A stretch of DNA of 64,000 bases from Gemmatimonadota bacterium (GTDB lineage Bacteria; Gemmatimonadota; Gemmatimonadetes; Gemmatimonadales; GWC2-71-9): assembly GCA_003222115.1 (NCBI GenBank), contig QHUL01000056.1, positions 16,998 to 80,997 of the forward strand, written 5' to 3'. Below are positions 57,873 through 64,000 of the stretch, in pieces. Numbering within the stretch: the stretch's first letter is position 1; each line of letters opens with the position of its first letter. The translations under genes and the position numbers were made by a program. The notes under the pieces were generated by a model, which saw only the letters and a list, made by a program, of their open reading frames with translations, ran no database searches and was not told the origin of the DNA.

Positions 57873-58448
57873 TCACCCGGCGCCCGCGACCGACCTGTCG
57901 AAGTGCGGTTTTTCGACCGCGCGGTAGAACGTGAGGATGGCCGCCTGGTCGAACAGCGCCGCGGCGAGCCCCGGCAGTGAGCCGGCCAAGAGCGCCAGGC
58001 CGTAGACTTGCAGATAGCCGACGGTGTACATGGGGTTCTTGAAGAAGCGGTACGGTCCCGCAATGCTCGGGGTGGTCCGATTGGCAGGCCCGAAGAAGTT
58101 CGACCAATAGTAAGCCCGGCCACCGAGCGTGGCCGCGGCCCAGGCTTTGGTGAGCACGCCGACGAGCACGAGCACCGCGCCCGCCGCGATGACGAAGCCG
58201 CGGGGCGACCCGATCGCCAGCGTGTTCCGACTCACGACGCACAGCACTACGAAACTCACCGCATCGCTGCTCATGAGGATCGCCGCCGCCCGGCGGAAGC
58301 GCCGGAATCCCTCCTCGGGGCCGTAGCGCCGCGTGAAGTAGCCTGTGCGCTCCTGACGTCTCAGGGCAAGCCCGACGTAAAGCACGTAAGCGAGCCGGCT
58401 CGCCAGGTGATAGGCGAGGGCGAGCGCGGTCCACACGGGCACGGACAT
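57873..58448 (-). CDS. Membrane methyltransferase of the PEMT/ICMT (isoprenylcysteine carboxyl methyltransferase-like) family
   Basis: Polytopic membrane protein with GPYRFFKNPMYTVGYL near the C-terminus. Confidence 0.6.
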   Translation of the reverse strand: MSVPVWTALALAYHLASRLAYVLYVGLALRRQERTGYFTRRYGPEEGFRRFRRAAAILMSSDAVSFVVLCVVSRNTLAIGSPRGFVIAAGAVLVLVGVLTKAWAAATLGGRAYYWSNFFGPANRTTPSIAGPYRFFKNPMYTVGYLQVYGLALLAGSLPGLAAALFDQAAILTFYRAVEKPHFDRSVAGAG

Positions 58449-58511
58449 GGCGAGAGAAGTTAACCCGCCTACGGCTCACTGCCTCGGTGGCGGACACGTA
58501 TCTTACAGCCT

Positions 58512-59405
58512 CTGATCTCCGCCCACGTCATCGTCAATCCCGCCGCGGGGCGCGGTGCCGGGGAGCGCGCGCTGGACCCCGTGGCACGGGCCTTTCGCCA
58601 GCAAGGGTGGGCCGTCGAAGTGACGCGGACCGGGGGCCCCGGAGAGGGCGCCGCGCTCGCCGCGGCCGCCGTCCGCAGCGGGGCGCAGCGCGTCGTGGCG
58701 GTGGGCGGTGACGGCACCGTCCACGAGGTGGCGAACGGCCTGCTGCGCTCGGGCGGCGCGGTCCCGCTCGGCGTGGTCCCGCTTGGCACCGGTAACGACT
58801 TCGCCAAGCTCGTCGGAGTCCACGGCTGCGCACCCGTCACCGCCGTGGGGCGGCTCGTCACGGCGGATGCCAGGGTGTTCGACGTGGGGCGGGTCGGCGA
58901 CGAGCGCTTCGTCAACAGCCTGGGCCTGGGCTTCGGACCCGCCGTCGTGCGGGCGCGCAACGCGATGCCGGGACTCCGGGGCTTCCTGTCGTATTTCGTG
59001 CCGGTGCTGCGCGCCTACGGCGGGTTCCGCCCGCCGCTCGTCGAGATCCGCTCGGCCGAGTTCCGGGAGCGGGGGTATGTGATGATGGTCGAGGTCTGTA
59101 ACGGGACGACCGCCGGCGGGGACTACCGGTTCGCGCCCGATGCCGACCCCGCGGACGGCCGGCTCGACGTGTGCCTGGTGCGCCGTGTGGGGCTGCCGCG
59201 GTTTCTGCTCGCAATCCCGCGGGTCATGCGCGGCACCCACGGCCGCATGCGCGAGGTGGCCTTGTTCCGCACGCGCCGCCTCATCGTACGATCCCCGGAG
59301 GCGCCGCTGCTGTTGCACCTCGACGGCGAGCTGCGCGAGCCGGGAACGAACGAAGTGACCGTGGCAGTGGAGCCGCGCAAACTCAAGGTGCTGGTGGCGC
59401 GATGA
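58512..59405 (+). CDS. Diacylglycerol kinase-family lipid kinase (YegS/DagK-like); apparent CTG start
   Basis: VIVNPAAGRG and VAVGGDGTVHEVANGL motifs. The NPxxG motif lies upstream of the first canonical start (GTG 58581). The in-frame candidates are CTG 58512 (LISAHVIVNP) or CTG 58479. Confidence 0.75.
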   Translation: MISAHVIVNPAAGRGAGERALDPVARAFRQQGWAVEVTRTGGPGEGAALAAAAVRSGAQRVVAVGGDGTVHEVANGLLRSGGAVPLGVVPLGTGNDFAKLVGVHGCAPVTAVGRLVTADARVFDVGRVGDERFVNSLGLGFGPAVVRARNAMPGLRGFLSYFVPVLRAYGGFRPPLVEIRSAEFRERGYVMMVEVCNGTTAGGDYRFAPDADPADGRLDVCLVRRVGLPRFLLAIPRVMRGTHGRMREVALFRTRRLIVRSPEAPLLLHLDGELREPGTNEVTVAVEPRKLKVLVAR

Positions 59406-59890
59406 GACAGCCGGTCAGGCGGTCAGGCGGTCAGGCGGTCAGGGGCCTCGCCTTGCTGACGCTCGTTCTATCCGCCTATCCGTCTAACCGCCTATCCGCC
59501 CAGGTTCCCACTGACACCGTCACTCCCCCCGCAGACACGTCCCATCGCTTGAAGCCATTCGCGGCCGCGTGGCGCTCGCTCCTGATACCCGGTTGGGGCC
59601 AGGCGGCGCTGGGGCGCGACGTCGCGGGCGCGGTGCTGGCGTCCTGGGAGGGCGTGACGATCATGATGACCGTCAAAGCGCGGCAGGAGCTACACTACCT
59701 CGAGCAGTCGGGCTCGGGGAACGTGCAGGCCAAGCGCCAGCAGGTCCAGGATTGGCTCGTCCTGTGGATCTTCAATCACCTGTTCGCGGGCGCCGAGGCG
59801 TTCGTGTCGGGCCACCTCCAGGACTTCCCCAAGGAGCTGCACGTCCAGCCCCTCCCCGGCGGGATCGGAGTCAGCATCCCGATTCCGTGA
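59402..59890 (+). CDS. Hypothetical secreted or membrane protein whose N-terminal signal region is encoded by an octamer-repeat element
   Basis: ATGA overlap with the kinase gene. MRQPVRRSGGQAVRGLALLTLVLSAYPSNRLSAQ, with LIPGWGQ later in the protein. Confidence 0.5.
   Translation: MRQPVRRSGGQAVRGLALLTLVLSAYPSNRLSAQVPTDTVTPPADTSHRLKPFAAAWRSLLIPGWGQAALGRDVAGAVLASWEGVTIMMTVKARQELHYLEQSGSGNVQAKRQQVQDWLVLWIFNHLFAGAEAFVSGHLQDFPKELHVQPLPGGIGVSIPIP
59411..59499. repeat. Inverted pair of tandem octamer arrays (GCGGTCAG x4 / CTAWCCGY x4)
   Basis: Arm 1 at 59411-59442 is ccggtcag gcggtcag gcggtcag gcggtcag. A 25-nt spacer follows. Arm 2 at 59468-59499 is ctatccgc ctatccgt ctaaccgc ctatccgc. Confidence 0.85.
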
Positions 59891-60620
59891 AGGTCCGCAT
59901 CTCTATCCCGTCTTTCGTGACGATCGCGTACCGGTAGCCGTCGAGAAATGCGCCGGGGTTGAGGTAGGCTCGCCCGTCCGGCAGCTGCTCGCACGCCGGC
60001 CGGTGCGTATGCGCGAGCACGACGAGGTCGAGGTCGGGGCGGCGCTCGAGCATCGTCTTCGCGTACGCGCTCTGGGCGCGCGCCGCGCGGTCCAGCACCG
60101 CCCGGTCGCGCGTGTGGTCGGCGAGCTTGCCCGACAGCTGGTCCGCGATCCAGAACCCGACGCTCGGGTGGAGCGCCCGGAAGACGCCGATCGTGATCGG
60201 ATGGCGCGTGACGCGGTGCATCAGTGTCGCGCTCCAGTGCTGCTCGCTGAGCCCGTCGCCGTGCGCCACGAAGGCCCGCCGCCCCGCCAGCTCCAGCTCC
60301 GCCTCGCCGGCGTGGAACGCGATGCCCAGGTCTTTGATGAGGAAGTCGCCGCCCCAACGGTCGTGGTTGCCGCCGACGAAGGTGATCGGCATCCCGCGCG
60401 CCCGCAGCGCCTGCAGCTTCGCGACGCTCGTGAAGTGCCGCCGCGGGACCACGGAGCCGTACTCGAACCAGAAATCGAACAGGTCGCCGTTGATGAGCAG
60501 TGCGTCGCCCAGGTCGGGTGCGGCCTCGAGGAACGCGTGGAAGGCGGCGGCGACGGCGGGCGCCGCCTGTCCCAGGTGAGCATCGGCGACGACGAGGACA
60601 CGCGCGGCTGGCACGGGCAC
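59871..60620 (-). CDS. lpxH: UDP-2,3-diacylglucosamine diphosphatase LpxH-like metallophosphoesterase
   Basis: VVADAHLG, INGDLFDFW and GGNHD motifs. Confidence 0.75.
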   Translation of the reverse strand: MPVPAARVLVVADAHLGQAAPAVAAAFHAFLEAAPDLGDALLINGDLFDFWFEYGSVVPRRHFTSVAKLQALRARGMPITFVGGNHDRWGGDFLIKDLGIAFHAGEAELELAGRRAFVAHGDGLSEQHWSATLMHRVTRHPITIGVFRALHPSVGFWIADQLSGKLADHTRDRAVLDRAARAQSAYAKTMLERRPDLDLVVLAHTHRPACEQLPDGRAYLNPGAFLDGYRYAIVTKDGIEMRTFTESGC

Positions 60621-60699
60621 AAGCTAGGAACGGGGGGAAAGGCCCGCAAGCGCGTCCGTCATTTGACATTTGGGAAGCGGCCGGGGATTTTGCCCCGGC

Positions 60700-61116
60700 G
60701 TGATCACCGATATCACCGTTCGCGTCAACTACTCCGAGACCGACCAGATGGGCGTGGTGTATCACGCCAACTACCTCGTCTGGTTCGACCGCGCGCGCAC
60801 CGAGCTCATGCGGGGGACCGGGCTCACGTACAAGGAGCTCGAGCAGCAGGGGGTCTACCTCGCCGTGTCCGAGGTGCACATCCGCTATCTCGCGCCGGCC
60901 CGCTACGACGACCCGATCCGCATCCGCTGCTGGGTGCGCGAGCTGGCGTCGCGGCGCGTCACGTTCGGGTACGCGGTCGAGCACGCGGAGCAGGGCACCC
61001 TGCTCGCCACCGGCGAGACGGCGCTGCTCTCGCTCACGCACCGGCACACCCTGACCCGACTTCCCGACCACGTCCGTGCGCTGCTCCAGGCGACGCCCGA
61101 TCCCGTTCAGCTGTAG
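60700..61116 (+). CDS. YbgC/4HBT-family acyl-CoA thioesterase
   Basis: VRVNYSETDQMGVVYHANYLVWFDRART hot-dog fold signature. GTG at 60700. Confidence 0.8.
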   Translation: MITDITVRVNYSETDQMGVVYHANYLVWFDRARTELMRGTGLTYKELEQQGVYLAVSEVHIRYLAPARYDDPIRIRCWVRELASRRVTFGYAVEHAEQGTLLATGETALLSLTHRHTLTRLPDHVRALLQATPDPVQL

Positions 61117-63121
61117 CCTCGCGCTGCTGCTGCTCGGCGCCGCGCGGGCGCCCGCTCAGCAGCCGGACGAGGTGCTCGTCGCCGAGCTCGCCCGCGTGCT
61201 CGCCGCGGCGGACGCGCGCGCATTCGACGCCGCGCTGCTGCGCAACGCGCTCGGGCACGCCCGGCCTGCCGTGCGACGGCAGGCGGCACTCGCCGCGGGG
61301 CGGATCGGCGATCCGGCGGCGGTCGACCTCCTGGTCGCGGCGCTGCGCGACTCCGATCGCACGGTCCAGGCGGCGGCGGCGTTCGCACTGGGGCTGCTGA
61401 AGGATCCCCGCGCCGTCGAGCCGCTCGCCGCGCTGGTGCGCGCGGTGGCGCCGGCGCAGCAAGGGGCGCCCGAAGTGGAGGCCGTGACGGCGCTCGCGAA
61501 GATCGGTGGGGACCAAGCGGCGCGCGCGCTGGGCGATCTTCTGGGCAGCGGCTCGCGGCCGGGCATCGCGCCACCCCCCGCCGTGAGCGCGGCGCTGCTC
61601 GAGGCGTGGCGCCTCGGCGCCCAGGCTCCCATCGCGGCGCTGCTTGGGTATGCGGAGGACGCGGACGCCGACGCGCGCTGGCACGCGGCATACGCGCTCG
61701 GGCGGCTGCGCGCCGGCGCCGGCGTGCCCATGCTGCTGGCCGCGCTGCGCGACCGGGAGCCATTCGTCCGCGCGACCGCCCTGCGCGGTCTCACGCGCGC
61801 AGCCGCGGACAGCGCGCGGCTCGAGCCCGGCCGAGTCGCGGGCGCGGTCCGCCTGTTGCTCGGGGATGGCGACCCGGCCGTGCGCATCAACGCGCTCCGC
61901 GCCCTCGCGAGCTTCCGCGACTCGACGCTCGCCGCGGGGGCGGCCCCGCTCGCCACCGATCCCGACGTGAACGTCGCGGTGCAGGCCGAGACGACGCTGG
62001 GCGCGTTGGGGGGGAGTGGGGCGGTGCGGGCGCTCGCCGCCGGCCTACGGAGCGCCGTGTTTGCTCTGCGGCGCCAGGCGGTGATCGGGCTTGCTCAGGC
62101 GGACAGCGTCGCGGGTGTGGGCGCCGCGGCGGCGCTTGCGAGCGACCCCGACTGGCGGTGGCGCAGCGTGGCCTGCGAGGCGTTCGGCGCCGCGCGCGAT
62201 CGCGCGCGCCTCGAGGGGGCGCTCGCAGACCCGGACGGGCGCGTGGTGGCGGAGGCGCTGCAGGCGCTCGGGCGGGTCGTCGCGGACTCGGACGCCGCGC
62301 TGCTCGCCCGCGCGCGCGAGCTGCTCGGGCACGCCGATCCCGCCGTGCGCAGCGTCGCGGCGGACCTGCTCGCCCGCCGGCCCGATGTCGCCGACGTCGA
62401 TCGCTTGGTCACGGCGTACCAGAGGGCGGCAGGCGATCCGTTCGACGACGCGCGGCTCTCAGCCGTCGCCGCGCTCGGCGCCGTGGCGCGCGCGGGCGCC
62501 GAGGGCCGGCTGCGGGTGGCAGCCCGGTTCGTGGCCGCGGTGCCCCGCCCGGACGACTACCTGGTGCGGCGGGTTGCGGCCGACCGGCTCCCCGACGCCG
62601 CAGAGGCCTGGGGCCCCGTCGTCCCGATCGCCACGGGCAAGACGGACGCCGACTACCGGGACGCGGTGCGGCGCGTGCTGCTGCCCGCGCTTGAGGGCCG
62701 GGCGCCGCCCCGCGTGACCCTCGAGACGGACCGGGGGAGCCTCGTGGTGGAGCTGCTCCCGGCCGAGGCGCCGCTCACGGTGGCCGCCTTCCTTGCGCTC
62801 GTCGAGCGGCGCTACTTTGATGGCGCGCGCTGGCATCGGGTCGTGCCCAACTTCGTCGCGCAGGACGGGGATCCGCGCGGCGACGGGTGGGGCGGCCCCG
62901 GCTTCGTGCTCCGGGACGAGGTGAATCCCACGCGTTACGAGACGGGTACGATCGGCATGGCGCTTTCCGGGCCCGATACGGGCGGCAGCCAGTTCTTCAT
63001 CACCCACTCCGCCCAGCCGCACCTCGACGGCACCTACACCGTCTTCGGTCGCGTCGTGGCCGGCCTCAACGTGCTCGCGGGCGTCGCCCAGGGCGATCGC
63101 ATCCGCAGCATCCACCGCTGA
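61076..63121 (+). CDS. Secreted HEAT-repeat protein fused to a cyclophilin-type peptidyl-prolyl isomerase
   Basis: Signal-like LALLLLGAARAPAQQ. About 10 HEAT/PBS-lyase-like repeats (D..VR..AA.ALG). C-terminal WHRVVPNFVAQDGDPRGDGWGGPG...GGSQFFIT. Confidence 0.75.
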   Translation: MRCSRRRPIPFSCSLALLLLGAARAPAQQPDEVLVAELARVLAAADARAFDAALLRNALGHARPAVRRQAALAAGRIGDPAAVDLLVAALRDSDRTVQAAAAFALGLLKDPRAVEPLAALVRAVAPAQQGAPEVEAVTALAKIGGDQAARALGDLLGSGSRPGIAPPPAVSAALLEAWRLGAQAPIAALLGYAEDADADARWHAAYALGRLRAGAGVPMLLAALRDREPFVRATALRGLTRAAADSARLEPGRVAGAVRLLLGDGDPAVRINALRALASFRDSTLAAGAAPLATDPDVNVAVQAETTLGALGGSGAVRALAAGLRSAVFALRRQAVIGLAQADSVAGVGAAAALASDPDWRWRSVACEAFGAARDRARLEGALADPDGRVVAEALQALGRVVADSDAALLARARELLGHADPAVRSVAADLLARRPDVADVDRLVTAYQRAAGDPFDDARLSAVAALGAVARAGAEGRLRVAARFVAAVPRPDDYLVRRVAADRLPDAAEAWGPVVPIATGKTDADYRDAVRRVLLPALEGRAPPRVTLETDRGSLVVELLPAEAPLTVAAFLALVERRYFDGARWHRVVPNFVAQDGDPRGDGWGGPGFVLRDEVNPTRYETGTIGMALSGPDTGGSQFFITHSAQPHLDGTYTVFGRVVAGLNVLAGVAQGDRIRSIHR

Positions 63122-64000
63122 TGCGGCGGTCGGTCTGGAGCGCGCTGCTCCTCCTCGCGGCCCTCCCCGCGGCGGCGCCGGCCCAGTTCGGCTACTTCGG
63201 GCAGAACAAGATCCAGTACCGCAGCTTCGATTGGCGCGTGCTGCGCGGTGAGCACGTGGACCTCTACTTCTATCCTGAAGAGGACGAGCTGGGTCGCGTG
63301 GCGCTCGCTTACGCCGAGGAGAGCTACGGCGTGCTGGAGCGCCGCTTCACACATCACGTGCAGCGCCGCGTGCCGCTCATCATCTACGCCTCGCACACCG
63401 ACTTCGAGCAGACGAACGTGCTCCCCTTCGTACCGCCGGAGGGCCTGCTCGGCGTCACGGAGTTCCTGAAGCGCCGGGTCGCCCTCCCGTTCACCGGGAG
63501 CTACAGCGACTTCCGCCATACCATCCGCCACGAGCTGGTGCATGTCTTCCAGCTGAGCCTCGTCGCCGAGGTGTTCCGGCGCTACCCGCGGATCCGGCAT
63601 GCCGAGCCGCCGCTGTGGTGGAGCGAAGGGCTGGCGGAGTTCTTCTCCGCCGGGGAAGACAGCCGCGACGAGATGATCCTGCGCGACCTCACGCTCTCGG
63701 GCCGGCTCCCCACGCTGCGCGAGCTCGCCTACGCCGCCGGCGGGATCGTCTATCCGGTGGGCGGCGTGATCCACCGCTTCCTCGCCTTATCCTCCGGCGA
63801 GTGGCGCATCGGCCAGTTGTACCGCGATCTGTGGAAGTATGCGTCGTTCGAAGCGGCCATCCAGGGCGTCTACGGCCGCTCGCTCGACCAGCTCTCCGAC
63901 GAATGGCAGTTCTGGATGCGGCGGCGCTACTACCCCAGCGTCGCGGCCGGGGAGCCGCTGGCGCTCACGGCGCGCGTCCTCACGAAGCTCGCCATCAAGC
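63121..64000 (+). CDS. Secreted HExxH (MA-clan-like) metallopeptidase-like protein; 3' end lies outside the window
   Basis: ATG at 63121 overlaps the previous stop (TGATG). Signal peptide MRRSVWSALLLLAALPAAAPAQ. HELVH at 63529-63543. The frame is open to 64000. Absent from the ORF track because no stop lies in the window. Confidence 0.6.
   Translation, partial: MRRSVWSALLLLAALPAAAPAQFGYFGQNKIQYRSFDWRVLRGEHVDLYFYPEEDELGRVALAYAEESYGVLERRFTHHVQRRVPLIIYASHTDFEQTNVLPFVPPEGLLGVTEFLKRRVALPFTGSYSDFRHTIRHELVHVFQLSLVAEVFRRYPRIRHAEPPLWWSEGLAEFFSAGEDSRDEMILRDLTLSGRLPTLRELAYAAGGIVYPVGGVIHRFLALSSGEWRIGQLYRDLWKYASFEAAIQGVYGRSLDQLSDEWQFWMRRRYYPSVAAGEPLALTARVLTKLAIK

Noticed and set aside
59411-59499. The tandem short repeats at 6415, 34566 and 59411 considered as a possible CRISPR array or minisatellite.
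   Set aside because: The units are only 7-8 nt with no unique spacers and occur as inverted pairs. This is incompatible with CRISPR architecture, and no cas genes are present.
60663-60702. TTGACA at 60663-60668 followed by a ccgggg/ccccgg hairpin, considered as a promoter for a leaderless thioesterase mRNA.
   Set aside because: The only -10 candidate at the right spacing is GATTTT. The hairpin would overlap the start site. The evidence is too weak to report as a feature.

Overview
The window is 64 kb of very GC-rich bacterial chromosome (about 70% GC by eye, with strong GC3 bias). That bias makes the six-frame track full of long spurious antisense and off-frame ORFs. The real genes are dense and mostly on the plus strand. 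Many are chained by 1-4 nt start/stop overlaps (ATGA, GTGA, TGATG).

Recognisable housekeeping content, in order:
- Bat-type aerotolerance genes (VWA/TPR, then a BatD-like protein fused to a TPR/SH3 tail), then mutL and miaA.
- bshA, two UbiA-family prenyltransferases, uppP, birA and coaX.
- An NlpC/P60 peptidase and a CIRCE-controlled groES-groEL.
- A Ser/Thr kinase, and a minus-strand roadblock / receiver / manC / nucleotidyltransferase cluster.
- serS followed by a histidine kinase, uvrD and gatCAB.
- A zinc phospholipase C-like gene, murA and pgeF.
- rimP-nusA-ylxQ-infB-DUF503-rbfA-truB-ribF, then secDF, tatD, fhs and ridA.
- A tRNA-Sec, lpxH, a thioesterase and a HEAT-repeat/cyclophilin fusion.

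The part that looks accessory and unexplained is 48.2-57.7 kb. It holds two copies of a small acidic peptide gene. Each copy sits behind an almost identical 42-nt promoter block that carries an 8-mer direct repeat at 11-bp spacing. Next to them is a divergent SARP(BTAD)-AAA regulator. An overlap-coupled operon follows: GAF-GAF-HlyD, a HlyD lipoprotein, a winged-helix/M50 site-2-protease/HlyD fusion, and a secreted M20 peptidase. No pump gene is present. I read this as a candidate regulated peptide processing/signalling module of a type I do not recognise.

Other notable signals:
- A family of tandem 7-8-mer inverted-repeat hairpins at gene junctions that are translated into protein termini.
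- A frameshifted IS200/RAYT-type Y1 transposase gene, and a GTAG...CTAC REP-like palindrome.
- Three conserved genes that can only start at CTG.
- A promoter-plus-terminator leader in front of rimP-nusA.

Taxonomy cannot be established from this window. The style is compatible with a Gemmatimonadota-like or similar high-GC lineage, but that is a guess. All family calls rest on motifs I recognise by eye; no database search was run.
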